Source: Bacteroidota bacterium | Lineage (GTDB): Bacteria > Bacteroidota > Bacteroidia > Palsa-948 | DNA length: 64,000 nt | Reading direction: 5' to 3' | NCBI GenBank assembly: GCA_003164895.1 | Contig: PLUL01000014.1 | Location: 100,954 to 164,953 of the forward strand | Part shown: positions 51,541-61,885 of the stretch, piece by piece | Layout: every line of letters begins with the position of its first letter | Numbering within the stretch: the stretch's first letter is position 1 | Made by a program: the position numbers and the translations under genes | Notes under the pieces: generated by a model | Seen by the model: only the letters and a program-made list of their open reading frames with translations | Told to the model about the DNA's origin: nothing | Databases searched by the model: none

Positions 51541-52000
51541 TGTTCTAAAAAAACAAAGTAAAACACAAATTCCCAGTACTGAAACAAAAACTGAAATTAC
51601 AAAAACAGATGTAGTAACTCCTGACACTACAAAAAAAGATAAACCTGTCAATTCTGAACTTGTCATAAAAAGAGGACAAGAAATCACTTTTTCAATTAAA
51701 GTGCTTTCTTCCAGTGAACAACTCCCAAGAACTTCTGCTAAATTCAAAGGAATAGTCAATACAAAAGAATATCAGGATGGTAATTCATTTATCTATTTTG
51801 TGGGTGATTATGCTTCGCGAGAGGAAGCAGAAAAAATGAAAGTAAAAATTTCCAGCTATTTCCCCGATGCAAGTATTGTTTCTTTCAAGGATGGAAAGAA
51901 AATTAAAATGAATGAAGCCGAGAAAACTCCAAACCAAAAATTATTTTCTCCTCGATTCTTACCAATTATTAATTCAGCATTTTCTAAAAAACTCCCATAG
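51524..52000 (+). CDS. SPOR-domain-like protein
   Basis: C-terminal ...FSIKVLSSSEQLPRTSAKFKGIVNTKEYQDGNSFIYFVGDYASREEAEKMKVKISSYFPDASIV resembles a SPOR peptidoglycan-binding fold. Confidence 0.45.
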   Translation: MYHNYDVLKKQSKTQIPSTETKTEITKTDVVTPDTTKKDKPVNSELVIKRGQEITFSIKVLSSSEQLPRTSAKFKGIVNTKEYQDGNSFIYFVGDYASREEAEKMKVKISSYFPDASIVSFKDGKKIKMNEAEKTPNQKLFSPRFLPIINSAFSKKLP

Positions 52001-52504
52001 TACAACACCCGCGCTCACAGCAATATTGAGAGAATGTTTTGTTCCGCCTTGCGGAATTTCAATGCAGCCATCACACACATTCATAATATCCTGCTGAACG
52101 CCATTTACTTCGTGACCAAAAATCAAAACCAGATTTGAGATTTGAGGTTTGAGATTTGAGATTTCGTTCAACGAAATACTTCCCTCCGCTTGTTCAACAG
52201 CATAAATTTTATAACCAGATATTTTCAATTCATGAATTGCCTCAAGAGTTGATTTATAATATTTCCACTTTACAGTTTCGGTTGCGCCAAGAGCGGTTTT
52301 AAGAATTTCTTTGTGAGGTGGATACCCTGTAATTCCACAGAGATATATCGCTTCCACCGGAAAAGCATCAGCTGTGCGAAAAATAGAACCTACATTGTAC
52401 GCGCTTCTCACATTATCGAGCACAACAACAATCGGAAGCTTTTTGGCAGATCGAAACTCCTCAACGGTCTTTCTTTCAAGTTCCGAATTAGCAAGTTTTC
52501 TCAT
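51974..52504 (-). CDS. TrmH/SpoU-family RNA 2'-O-methyltransferase
   Basis: VVVLDNVRSAYNVGSIFRTADAF; LVLIFGHEVNG; IPQGGTKHSLNIAVSAGVVLWE (SPOUT knot motifs). Confidence 0.75.
   Translation of the reverse strand: MRKLANSELERKTVEEFRSAKKLPIVVVLDNVRSAYNVGSIFRTADAFPVEAIYLCGITGYPPHKEILKTALGATETVKWKYYKSTLEAIHELKISGYKIYAVEQAEGSISLNEISNLKPQISNLVLIFGHEVNGVQQDIMNVCDGCIEIPQGGTKHSLNIAVSAGVVLWEFFRKC
52131..52165. repeat. Heptanucleotide tandem repeat (AGATTTG)x5, slightly degenerate, inside the TrmH-family CDS
   Basis: agatttg agatttg aggtttg agatttg agatttc; encodes ISNLKPQISNL on the minus strand just before the conserved LVLIFGHE motif. Confidence 0.7.
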
Positions 52505-52565
52505 ACTGTTTATTCAAGGTTTAAGGTTCAAAGTTATTCGTAAATTCGTAAATCTTACATTATAA

Positions 52566-55232
52566 ATGTCCTCCATATATAAATATCGTGCTGCCAAAAA
52601 CGGAAGTAAAAACGGAGATTTCGAAACTCCGTTGATGCAGCAGTATGCCAGCATCAAATCAAAATATCCTGATGCGATTCTTCTTTTTCGAATTGGAGAC
52701 TTCTATGAAACTTTTGGAGAGGATGCGATTAAAACTGCTGCCACTCTTGGTATCACGCTCACTAAAAGAAGAAATGGCGCAGCATCTGAAGTGGAGCTTG
52801 CAGGATTTCCATATCATGCACTTGATACATATCTACCAAAACTTGTTCGCGGAGGACACCGCGTTGCTATTTGCGACCAATTGGAAGACCCAAAGTTCGC
52901 CAAAAAAATTGTTAAGCGAGGAATAACAGAACTCGTAACGCCCGGAGTATCTTACAACGACAAAACACTTGATCACAAAGCAAATAATTTCCTTGCATCC
53001 ATTCATTTTGATAATAAGAATGCAGGAATTTCTTTCTTGGATGTTTCTACCGGAGAATTCATTGTGGCACAAGGAACCATAGATTACGCTGAAAAACTTT
53101 TGCAGAATTTCAAGCCGAGTGAAATACTTTTCCAAAAAAATAAAAAGAAACAGTTTGCAGAATTTTTTGGGGAGAAATTTTATACCTATGGTTTGGATGA
53201 ATGGGTTTTCAGCGAAGATTTCTCTAATGAAACTTTACTAAAACATTTCGGCACAGCTTCGCTCAAAGGATTTGGTATAGAAAATATGAATCTTGGCATT
53301 GTTGCCGCAGGCGCCGCACTTCATTATCTTGCCGCCACCCAGCATGACCGCGTTCAGCACATTCAATCCATTTCACGTATTGAAGAAGATCATTACGTGT
53401 GGTTAGATAAATTCACCGTGCGTAACCTCGAACTTTTCTGGTCGCCAAACGAACGGGCAAAAACGCTGATTGATATTCTTGACAATACAATTTCGCCAAT
53501 GGGATCACGCATGATGAAGCGCTGGCTCTCCATGCCTCTAAAAGAAAAACAGCCTATTGAAGAACGCCTGAACAGTGTTGAACTTCTTTTGAAACAGCCT
53601 GAACTTTCTGAAAAAATTGCCAATCAGATACAACTCATAGGAGATCTGGAAAGATTGATATCCAAAGTTGCAACAGGAAGAATTTCTCCCCGCGAAGTGG
53701 CACATCTCAAAAGAGGTCTTGCAGCAATTGAGCAAGTAAAACTATTGTGCGAATCATCTTCAACAATTGAAGATGGGAAAGGAAGTTCATCATTAAAAAA
53801 AATAGCTGAACAGTTAAATCCTTGTCTTCTTATTCGTGAAAGAATAGAAAAAGAAATTGTTCCCGAGCCGCCGCCCATGCTGAACAAAGGAAAAGTTATA
53901 GGCGATGGGGTGAACGCTGAATTGGATGAATTGAGAAAGATAATGTCGTCTGGAAAAAATTATTTATTAGAAATACAACAGCGTGAAAGTGAACGAACTA
54001 AGATAGGTTCTTTAAAGGTTAATTTTAATAATGTTTTTGGATATTATTTGGAAGTAACAAACTCGCACAAAAGCAAAGTTCCTTCCGATTGGATTCGTAA
54101 ACAAACTCTTTCCAATTGCGAACGCTATATCACCGAGGAATTAAAACAGTACGAAGAAAAGATACTGGGCGCGGAAGAAAAGATACTCGCACTGGAAACA
54201 CAGTTGTTCAACGATCTTGTTCTTTCCCTTGCAGATTACATCCCTCCTATTCAGCTCAACGCTTCTCTTATAGCACGATTGGATTGTCTGCTTTCATTCA
54301 CCCGAACAGCACACAAAAATAATTATGTGCGCCCGCATATCAACGACAGCAAAGTCATTGACATAAAATCAGGGCGTCATCCTGTCATCGAAACACAATT
54401 AGCGGTGGGCAATGAATACATTGCCAATGATATTTATCTTGACAACGAGCAGCAACAGATCATTATTATCACTGGTCCGAATATGTCCGGTAAATCTGCA
54501 TTGCTGAGGCAGACCGCACTCATCGTCATCATGGCGCAAATGGGAAGTTTTGTTCCGGCACAAAACGCCGACATTGGCATCGTGGATAAAATATTTACTC
54601 GTGTGGGAGCTTCGGATAATCTTTCTCTCGGAGAATCCACCTTCATGGTGGAGATGAACGAAACAGCAAGCATCCTAAATAATCTTTCGGAACGAAGTTT
54701 AATTCTGCTGGATGAAATCGGAAGAGGCACCAGCACGTATGATGGCATTTCCATCGCTTGGGCAATTGCGGAATTCTTACACAACCATCCAACGAAACCA
54801 AAAACACTTTTTGCCACGCACTACCACGAACTGAATGAAATGGAAAAGACAATGCCAAGAATTAAGAACTTCAATGTATCGGTGAAAGAAGTTGGCAACA
54901 AGGTGATCTTCATGCGGAAATTAGTGCCAGGTGGAAGCGAACACAGCTTTGGAATTCATGTGGCAAAGATGGCGGGAGTTCCTAAAAAAGTAGTGGACAG
55001 GGCAAATGAGATACTTGAAAAACTGGAATCAAGAGATGAAAGGATAGACGAAAATTCAAAATCAAAAATTTCAAATTCCAAAGCGGATGATATTCAACTT
55101 AGTTTTTTTCAACTTAATGATCCAGTGCTTGAACAAATCAGAGATGAAATTCAGCAAACTGACATCAACACATTAACGCCTGTTGAAGCACTGATGAAAT
55201 TGAACGAGATCAAGAAACTTATCGGTGGCTAA
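52566..55232 (+). CDS. mutS: DNA mismatch repair protein MutS
   Basis: N-terminal [35 protein letters not shown]; Walker [14 protein letters not shown]; STFMVEMNE; [12 protein letters not shown]; 888 aa. Confidence 0.9.
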   Translation: MSSIYKYRAAKNGSKNGDFETPLMQQYASIKSKYPDAILLFRIGDFYETFGEDAIKTAATLGITLTKRRNGAASEVELAGFPYHALDTYLPKLVRGGHRVAICDQLEDPKFAKKIVKRGITELVTPGVSYNDKTLDHKANNFLASIHFDNKNAGISFLDVSTGEFIVAQGTIDYAEKLLQNFKPSEILFQKNKKKQFAEFFGEKFYTYGLDEWVFSEDFSNETLLKHFGTASLKGFGIENMNLGIVAAGAALHYLAATQHDRVQHIQSISRIEEDHYVWLDKFTVRNLELFWSPNERAKTLIDILDNTISPMGSRMMKRWLSMPLKEKQPIEERLNSVELLLKQPELSEKIANQIQLIGDLERLISKVATGRISPREVAHLKRGLAAIEQVKLLCESSSTIEDGKGSSSLKKIAEQLNPCLLIRERIEKEIVPEPPPMLNKGKVIGDGVNAELDELRKIMSSGKNYLLEIQQRESERTKIGSLKVNFNNVFGYYLEVTNSHKSKVPSDWIRKQTLSNCERYITEELKQYEEKILGAEEKILALETQLFNDLVLSLADYIPPIQLNASLIARLDCLLSFTRTAHKNNYVRPHINDSKVIDIKSGRHPVIETQLAVGNEYIANDIYLDNEQQQIIIITGPNMSGKSALLRQTALIVIMAQMGSFVPAQNADIGIVDKIFTRVGASDNLSLGESTFMVEMNETASILNNLSERSLILLDEIGRGTSTYDGISIAWAIAEFLHNHPTKPKTLFATHYHELNEMEKTMPRIKNFNVSVKEVGNKVIFMRKLVPGGSEHSFGIHVAKMAGVPKKVVDRANEILEKLESRDERIDENSKSKISNSKADDIQLSFFQLNDPVLEQIRDEIQQTDINTLTPVEALMKLNEIKKLIGG

Positions 55233-55902
55233 TTTCGGTAATTGTTTTATTATATGCATCCACCACCATGTGAGCATGTTTGATTCTGCTCAATTTAAAT
55301 GAGATTGAAACTATATCGCAGGTAATTGCTCCAAGCATTAAATATTCTCCGTTCATCCTTCCTTGCGCCAATTTAGCGATAGTAGTTGCTGAAGGTGCTC
55401 TTCTGGTGCGTCTCGGAGCGTTTTTAAAATACGTGTAAGCGCCAAATATAAATAGTGGAATAGATACTATCATGGTTGTCTTCTGAATAAATTTCAAATC
55501 ATTCACTTTCTTTATCATCAGATTTATTTTCTTATCCCCAAGTTTTCCGACAACAGCAAGCATATCTGGTTCTTCAATTTTTCGTTCTTTAAAATAATAT
55601 TTATCTCCCGATGATTGCATTGAAAGATCAAAAGGCATCGAATTTGAATTTACAACCGGAGGAACATAATTTTCAAAAGATTCCTGAATACCGTTATAAT
55701 AAATAACAATTTTTATTTCCTGTTTCGGCAAAGTATAAAGCGGACCGTCAGGCAAATCCAACCGTTTGTAGCGAACATCATTCAGATTTACTTCCGCCAA
55801 TTTCACAACAAGCTTTTCGCCGCTGCGTTTTACAATAGTATCCTGAGCTTTCAAAATTTGAAAAGAGAAAAAAATAAAACAAAAAAGAATTAAATTCTTC
55901 AT
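55219..55902 (-). CDS. Hypothetical secreted protein
   Basis: Signal peptide [20 protein letters not shown]; hydrophobic C-terminal segment. Confidence 0.45.
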   Translation of the reverse strand: MKNLILFCFIFFSFQILKAQDTIVKRSGEKLVVKLAEVNLNDVRYKRLDLPDGPLYTLPKQEIKIVIYYNGIQESFENYVPPVVNSNSMPFDLSMQSSGDKYYFKERKIEEPDMLAVVGKLGDKKINLMIKKVNDLKFIQKTTMIVSIPLFIFGAYTYFKNAPRRTRRAPSATTIAKLAQGRMNGEYLMLGAITCDIVSISFKLSRIKHAHMVVDAYNKTITEISHR

Positions 55903-55905
55903 AGT

Positions 55906-56745
55906 TTAATAATAACTGTATTCATACTTTATAGCATACTCCGGTTTATCAGTACAATCCTTGTAATAAATTTCTTCTGTCATATTTCCTTTTTCATCGT
56001 ACTTAAATTCCGTTTTACCGACACACGTTTTTTCTTCAAATTGGCTCGACTGAATAATGCGCGAGTTGTTATCGTAAACAAAAGAAGTGCTTGAAATAAG
56101 TTTTATGACTTTGTACATCGGTTTTTCATCGTTACCATCGCTTCCTATTCTTTCCGAAGACAATTTAATTTCATAATTATCTTCTCTGATTTTATTTCCT
56201 TTATCATCATACTTGCAAACAATTATTTCTTGTGCAGGAACATCTTTTTCAAGAGCAATATGATGTTCAATGATTATTTCCGAAAGACGGTTGTTATCGT
56301 AATAATAAGTGCAGGTGTGAACAGTTTCGGTATCAATGTGAACATTTCCATAATCCAAGAGTCCGTTTTTATAATAATAGATGTGTTTTTGAGTTGGCTT
56401 GTTGGGTATGATTTTCTCCTCATCCAATAGCTTTCCTGTTGAATCATATTTCGATTGAGTGATTTCAGAAATTTTTTCTTCGGAAGAATACAAAATAGTT
56501 TCAATGAGGTCTCCCAATTTATTATACGTTTCAAACGAAGATTCATGTCCTTCTTTTGAAAGAGTACCATTTTTATCGTAGGAATAAGAAATACCCTCGC
56601 AGCTTTTTATCTTTTTCAGTTCGCTTTGCTTTTCTTTTTGCTCCAAGATGGGCGATGATTCTTCTTGTGCAGAGACCAAATTGCCAATATCCAATAGCCA
56701 GTAGCTAATAGCTAACAGCAGGAATTTTTTCTTATTGAATTTCAT
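55906..56745 (-). CDS. Hypothetical secreted repeat protein (YD/MORN-like short repeats)
   Basis: Signal peptide; repeats of the YxYDxxGxL / xYKYDEKGN type. Confidence 0.45.
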   Translation of the reverse strand: MKFNKKKFLLLAISYWLLDIGNLVSAQEESSPILEQKEKQSELKKIKSCEGISYSYDKNGTLSKEGHESSFETYNKLGDLIETILYSSEEKISEITQSKYDSTGKLLDEEKIIPNKPTQKHIYYYKNGLLDYGNVHIDTETVHTCTYYYDNNRLSEIIIEHHIALEKDVPAQEIIVCKYDDKGNKIREDNYEIKLSSERIGSDGNDEKPMYKVIKLISSTSFVYDNNSRIIQSSQFEEKTCVGKTEFKYDEKGNMTEEIYYKDCTDKPEYAIKYEYSYY

Positions 56746-56813
56746 AAATTAATTTCTGAATTTAGCAAAGATATAAGAAACCACTTGAATTAATTCTTGC
56801 ATCTTTCATGAAT

Positions 56814-57587
56814 TTATTTTTGCATAAACTCAGGGTGCACCATTCTTATTATACTAAGTTTATTGCCATATAAAGAATTTTGTCCATCCTCATTTTTTCT
56901 CACAAATTTATGCAAAGCTCTTTTAAAATTCTGATAACGATAGTGTGAAAAATGAGCTTTATTGAGAACAGTTGCAGTATTATAAAAAAGTAGTTTTTTA
57001 TTTTTTTTATCAAAGATTAATATTTTAAAAAATATCCAACAATTTGATTTAGGATCAAGGTCTCTAATGGAAGAATAGTATTCAATAATATCTGTAAAGA
57101 GAAAAATTGTTCCTTGGTATTTTGATAAGATGTTATACATTTTATCACTCATAGTCAAACTTTTCACCGTTGAATCACGAACTAATTTTTCTGTATTTTT
57201 TATTTCATTGTTCAATAAAACGTAATCACTATCTTGAATCATTGGTACATAATGCGTAACATGATAATAGAAATATTTATGATATACTGAGAGACAGTGC
57301 ATTTGTAAATTATATTCATATCCTGTATTTCTTTTGTAATCATTGGGAGTAATTCGAGCATACAACAACGAATCTCTAATATTGTCAATTAATTTTATAT
57401 TTTTTATTTCTCCGGAAAGTACACAAGGCATTAGTATTGCAAGAGTATCATTCCATTTTAGTTTTTGAGGAATGTATAAAAATTGAGTTTTGTCTTTTAT
57501 AGAAGAATTTAGATTCTGACTTAATACATTAAAGGCAATAAAAAATAAAACACTTAATAAAAATAATTTGCTATTTGTACTTTTCAT
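56814..57587 (-). CDS. Hypothetical secreted protein
   Basis: Signal peptide MKSTNSKLFLLSVLFFIAFNVLSQ. Confidence 0.45.
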   Translation of the reverse strand: MKSTNSKLFLLSVLFFIAFNVLSQNLNSSIKDKTQFLYIPQKLKWNDTLAILMPCVLSGEIKNIKLIDNIRDSLLYARITPNDYKRNTGYEYNLQMHCLSVYHKYFYYHVTHYVPMIQDSDYVLLNNEIKNTEKLVRDSTVKSLTMSDKMYNILSKYQGTIFLFTDIIEYYSSIRDLDPKSNCWIFFKILIFDKKNKKLLFYNTATVLNKAHFSHYRYQNFKRALHKFVRKNEDGQNSLYGNKLSIIRMVHPEFMQK

Positions 57588-57599
57588 TTCAATATAATT

Positions 57600-58733
57600 T
57601 TACTCAAAATAATGCGGTAAAAATCTACTTGTGTTATTTGTTACTAAGGATGAAGCTTCGCGGATACCTATTCCTGCCGACTCACCTCCTATCACCCATG
57701 AACCAATGACAGGATGATTGCCTTCGTAATCAGGCAGCTTGCACAGTTGCTGAAATATAAAACCTTCCCCGCCGTAATCTCCTTTAGTTTCTTCCAGCAT
57801 TTTACCATCCTCCACAATGCGGATATTTGCTCCTTCACGTGAGAGTAAAGGTTTTATTGCATAACTTTTCAGAGAGTGTGGTTCATCAAAATAACATTCA
57901 AGCAAGTTGGGATGATTGGGAAATAATTCCCACAGCACAGCAAGAATGGCTTTGTTACTCAGCAACATTTTCCACATCGGTTCAATCCAAAGCGTATCGC
58001 TTTCGTGCAGATGGATTCCAAAATCTTCGTTCACAATCCATTCCCAAGGATAAAGCTTAAACATGTTATGAATTTTATTTTCAAAAGTATCAGTGAAACA
58101 GCTTCCGTTCCAGCCAATATCTGTAACACCAATGTATTCAGTGTCCAATCCTGCTTCGTTGGCGCAATCCTGCAAATAACTCACCGTAACATAATCTTCG
58201 GGGAATTCATCCAGACAGGAAAAGTAAAGCGTTTCTTCCGAGATATTTTCTTTCATCCATCTCCAACTGTCAATTAATTTTTCGTGAATGCTGTTGAACT
58301 GATCTGCTTTAGGATGCAGTTCCTGCTGCCACTGCCATTGCACCATGGATGCTTCGAAAAGCGAAGTTGGAGTATCAGCATTGAACTCAAGCATCTTTGG
58401 CGGCTCATTAAGATTGCCGTTCCACGACAGATCAAATCGTCCGTAGATGGAAGGATGATCATCTTCCCAGCTTTTTTTCAGGAGATAAATGAATTTTTCG
58501 GGAATGCGAAAGAGATGAAACAAATTATTTTCGATGCAATGCTCCACTGCTTTGATGCAAAGTGAATTTAATTCTTCCGTTGTTTTTTCAAGAACTTCTA
58601 TCTGCTCGGCAGAAAACTTATAGCAAGCCGATTCATCCCAATAAGGTATTCCGTTAAGTGTGTGAAAATTAAAGCCGAGATTCTCCACCTGTTCCTGCCA
58701 GTGCGGACGTGGAATTATTTTTTCGCGAATCAT
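57600..58733 (-). CDS. Glutathionylspermidine-synthase-family (pre-ATP-grasp, YgiC/YjfC-like) protein
   Basis: LEFNADTPTSLFEASMVQWQW matches the GSP-synthetase family core (LEYNADTPTSL.EA); about 377 aa. Confidence 0.65.
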   Translation of the reverse strand: MIREKIIPRPHWQEQVENLGFNFHTLNGIPYWDESACYKFSAEQIEVLEKTTEELNSLCIKAVEHCIENNLFHLFRIPEKFIYLLKKSWEDDHPSIYGRFDLSWNGNLNEPPKMLEFNADTPTSLFEASMVQWQWQQELHPKADQFNSIHEKLIDSWRWMKENISEETLYFSCLDEFPEDYVTVSYLQDCANEAGLDTEYIGVTDIGWNGSCFTDTFENKIHNMFKLYPWEWIVNEDFGIHLHESDTLWIEPMWKMLLSNKAILAVLWELFPNHPNLLECYFDEPHSLKSYAIKPLLSREGANIRIVEDGKMLEETKGDYGGEGFIFQQLCKLPDYEGNHPVIGSWVIGGESAGIGIREASSLVTNNTSRFLPHYFE

Positions 58734-58824
58734 GTAATTAAATTGAAGATGCAGACAGATTAAAAAATGGATTCATACAGACAACTTCCGTTTGAAACGG
58801 ATTCCATCTGTATGAATCTTTTTC

Positions 58825-59592
58825 TCATGAACCCGAAGAAAATCCTCCTCTGCCTGTTGAACCAAATCCTCCTCTTGACGAACCGGGTCTGCCATTCGGT
58901 GTTCCCATGCGACCAGCACGATTGCCAGTAATCTGACTTCTATTGCCGATCATATTTCCATTTCCATGGTTTCCCATGTTACCTCGATTATTTGAAACCT
59001 GACTTCTGTTGCCACCCATGTTCATATTACCACGGTTGCCTCTGTTGCCCATCATATTTACATTACCGTGGCTACCATTAGCAATAGCTCTGCCATTTGA
59101 CGCTCTCACTCCCGCATGATTTCCATAAGCAGCTCTGCTTCCATATCTGCCGCCACGAACACCTCCGGCAAAACTTCTGCGTCCATAGTAATGATGCCCG
59201 CCTTCCCAATAGCCCGGATGAAACCAACCGTTGAAACACCAAAAGTGGCTGCGGTACGGATAAAACGGATACCCATATCCAAATCCCCATCCGAAATAAG
59301 GATAAAATCCTCCGTAATAACCATAGTACGGATTATAATATCCGTCGTAATAATTATTATAATTATAATAGTTGTTATAATAAGGATCGTTAGAATTATT
59401 TGAAGGATTGTTAGCTCGATAGGACGAACTATCTTCTTGCCGATAATTATTATCGTTCGATGAGTTATTATCCTGCGGATGTCCCGAATAATAAATATCG
59501 TCTTCGTTGTTGTTGTTTTGCGCGCTGATTTTTCCTGAAGTTAACAGGAAGAAAAGGAGCGGTAGGACGAGTAATGTGCTTTTGTTTTTCAT
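58825..59592 (-). CDS. Secreted low-complexity Tyr/Asn/Gly-rich protein
   Basis: Signal peptide; NNYYNYNNYYDGYYNPYYGYYGGFYPYFGWGFGYGYPFYPY followed by (GNRGN/MGN)-type repeats. Confidence 0.5.
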   Translation of the reverse strand: MKNKSTLLVLPLLFFLLTSGKISAQNNNNEDDIYYSGHPQDNNSSNDNNYRQEDSSSYRANNPSNNSNDPYYNNYYNYNNYYDGYYNPYYGYYGGFYPYFGWGFGYGYPFYPYRSHFWCFNGWFHPGYWEGGHHYYGRRSFAGGVRGGRYGSRAAYGNHAGVRASNGRAIANGSHGNVNMMGNRGNRGNMNMGGNRSQVSNNRGNMGNHGNGNMIGNRSQITGNRAGRMGTPNGRPGSSRGGFGSTGRGGFSSGS

Positions 59593-59851
59593 GGCGCTTG
59601 TGTTTTTAAAGAACTACGTTAGTACTACTCCAAACATTGTGCCATTGTAAATATACAATCAATTTATCAGAATATTACTATAAAAAATGTTAAATTATAA
59701 GATTGTTGATAAAACCATTCCGTCTTTTAATTTCTATGCCTACATTTCTGCCGTCCAGTCAGGTTAAGAAAGTTAAATAAAGTTAATTCGTTCTTTATTA
59801 AAAATAAAGAATCAATATCTTCGCATTAGATCGTCAATTAATATCTCTTGC

Positions 59852-60184
59852 ATGAACAATTCTTTGCTGTTAACCGAGTTCAGGCGTGTGGTAGAGTTTC
59901 CTGATAAGGAATTTGCAAAACTCATTCCCTTATTTGAACCTCTCACAGTAAAAAAGAACCAACATCTTTTTAAAGCAGGCAGCATTGCCAAGCATGTATA
60001 CTTCATACAAAAAGGATGCATGCGCCAATACCTGATCAACAAGAGCGGAGAAGAACGCACTATTTATTTTCAACTGGAATGCGGCTGGTGCTGCGTATTC
60101 TCCAAAGATTCTCAGCAGATGCTTTTAGTTTCTTGCTTCCGACAGGGCGCGGGTTGTGCGCCAGGGCAAATATCTCATCAGTAA
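59852..60184 (+). pseudogene. Crp/Fnr-family regulator, 5' fragment only (cNMP-binding domain truncated after about residue 79)
   Basis: N-terminus ...LFKAGSIAKHVYFIQKGCMRQYLINKSGEERTIYFQLECGW is typical of Bacteroidota Crp/Fnr regulators; similarity ends at about 60088 and the frame runs on into antisense of the toxin gene. Confidence 0.5.
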
Positions 60185-60260
60185 TTTTCTTAACAAATTT
60201 CCCGGGCAGGTGTTCAAGTTCTTTAGCAGCAGATTTTCGAAATGAAATACTATACGTCAT
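60060..60260 (-). pseudogene. RelE/ParE-family type II toxin, C-terminally truncated
   Basis: MTYSISFRKSAAKELEHLPGKFVKKITDEIFALAHNPRPVGSKKLKASAENLWRIR matches the RelE/ParE N-terminal two-thirds; the expected ...VGDYRIIYEI... C-terminus is replaced by STSRIPVENK* (sequence antisense to crp). Confidence 0.5.
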
Positions 60261-60451
60261 AGTTTTCCTTTCTTCTTCAACATCTTCTTTACCTTTTCAA
60301 TAGGTATTCTCTTTTCATCCCTTCTTGATTCGGCAATAATAACATCCAGTAGGTCTTCTATATGCTCTTCAAATTGTTGAAGTGTTTTCATGTCTATCTG
60401 AACGGCAACTCTCTTGTTCCGTTCGTTAGTAATATATGAAACGCCAGTCAT
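60257..60451 (-). CDS. Putative type II antitoxin (Phd/YefM- or RelB-like), apparently intact
   Basis: 64 aa; 4-nt ATGA overlap with the toxin start; charged helical C-terminus. Confidence 0.45.
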   Translation of the reverse strand: MTGVSYITNERNKRVAVQIDMKTLQQFEEHIEDLLDVIIAESRRDEKRIPIEKVKKMLKKKGKL

Positions 60452-60615
60452 AGTAATTATTTTTTACAAAGATAAGTAATTTCTGTGCTTCAAGCTTCAT
60501 GTTTGCTTTTTGAGTAAAGCAAGTTGCTCTTGGTTTGCAAGTAGTATAAATATCAGAAATATCATTTATACAATTTCTTAGTATATTTATATCCCCAAAC
60601 GGAAATCATTCAAAC

Positions 60616-61554
60616 ATGGATAACATTCAATTAGAAAAAGGTTTTGATGAAAAACTTTCCAAGAACCTGAACATAGAACCCAAGGATTGGATGCCGGATA
60701 ATTACCGCAAGCATCTCATCCGCCAGATTTCTCAGCACGCTCATTCAGAAATTGTCGGCATGTTGCCCGAAGGGAACTGGATAACACGCGCTCCGAGTTT
60801 GAGAGCAAAAATGGTGTTGATGGCAAAAGTTCAGGATGAAGGCGGACACGGTTTGTATCTTTACACCGCTGCCGAATCGTTAAATATTTCCCGCGAGGAA
60901 TTGCTTGACCAGCTTCACACAGGCAAAGCAAAATATTCTTCCATATTTAATTACCCCACTCTCACTTGGGCTGATATTGGCGCTGTGGGTTGGTTAGTGG
61001 ATGGTGCAGCAATCATGAATCAGGTAATGTTACAGCGCACTTCTTACGGACCATACGCAAGAGCAATGGTAAGAATTTGCAAAGAGGAAAGTTTTCATCA
61101 GCGTCAGGGTTATGAAATTATGTGCAAGATGGCTGGCGGAACAAAAGAGCAAAAAGAAATGGCGCAGGATGCACTCAACCGCTGGTGGTGGCCATCATTG
61201 ATGATGTTCGGTCCGCCTGATGCAGAATCACCCAATACCGAGAACGCGATCAAATGGAAAATAAAACGCGAGAGCAACGACCAGCTTCGCCAGCGTTTCG
61301 TGAATCAAACCGTTCCTCAAGCAGAGATCATCGGATTAAAAGTTCCGGATAAGAACTTAAAATGGAACGAAGCAAAACAAGGATATGATTTTGGAGAACC
61401 GGACTGGAAAGAATTCAAGAATGTGATCAGCGGAAACGGTCACTGCAACAAAGAACGCCTTGAAGCGCGGGTGAAAGCACACGAAGAAGGTCGCTGGGTA
61501 AGAGAAGCCGCAATGGCGTTTGCAGAAAAACAAAACGAAAAAGTAGCAGCATAA
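60616..61554 (+). CDS. paaA: 1,2-phenylacetyl-CoA epoxidase subunit A
   Basis: Ferritin-like di-iron protein; N-terminus and length match PaaA ([18 protein letters not shown]..., ...[11 protein letters not shown]). Confidence 0.85.
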   Translation: MDNIQLEKGFDEKLSKNLNIEPKDWMPDNYRKHLIRQISQHAHSEIVGMLPEGNWITRAPSLRAKMVLMAKVQDEGGHGLYLYTAAESLNISREELLDQLHTGKAKYSSIFNYPTLTWADIGAVGWLVDGAAIMNQVMLQRTSYGPYARAMVRICKEESFHQRQGYEIMCKMAGGTKEQKEMAQDALNRWWWPSLMMFGPPDAESPNTENAIKWKIKRESNDQLRQRFVNQTVPQAEIIGLKVPDKNLKWNEAKQGYDFGEPDWKEFKNVISGNGHCNKERLEARVKAHEEGRWVREAAMAFAEKQNEKVAA

Positions 61555-61565
61555 AATTTATTAAA

Positions 61566-61862
61566 ATGGGAAATACAAAAGACAGTCAAGGAAAATTATG
61601 GGAAGTATTCGTACAGAAAAAACCCGGACAACCATTTGTTCACTGCGGAAACCTTCACGCCTTTGATAAAGAAATGGCTCTACAAAATGCACGCGACCTT
61701 TACACTCGCAGAGGTGAAGGAACTGCTTTGTGGGTAGTGCCATCGGATGCGATCGTTGCAAGTTCGCCTGAAGACATCGGACCGTTCTTTGAACCGGCAA
61801 ATGATAAAGTTTTCCGTCACCCGACATTTTATAATGTTCCGGAAGGCGTAAAGCATATGTAG
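61566..61862 (+). CDS. paaB: 1,2-phenylacetyl-CoA epoxidase subunit B
   Basis: 98 aa; GQPFVHCGNLHAFDKEMALQNARDLYTRRGEGTALWVVP is typical of PaaB. Confidence 0.8.
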   Translation: MGNTKDSQGKLWEVFVQKKPGQPFVHCGNLHAFDKEMALQNARDLYTRRGEGTALWVVPSDAIVASSPEDIGPFFEPANDKVFRHPTFYNVPEGVKHM

Positions 61863-61885
61863 TCACAACTTTCACAGATTAACAC

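Noticed and set aside
52566-52634. Alternative later start (MQQYASIK) for mutS
   Set aside because: Bacteroidota MutS proteins typically carry the ...ETPLM... extension upstream of this Met, so the longer ORF was kept.
59116-59403. Plus-strand 95-aa ORF that is highly repetitive (IIIIIVV...)
   Set aside because: It is the mirror low-complexity artefact of the Tyr/Asn/Gly-rich gene on the minus strand.
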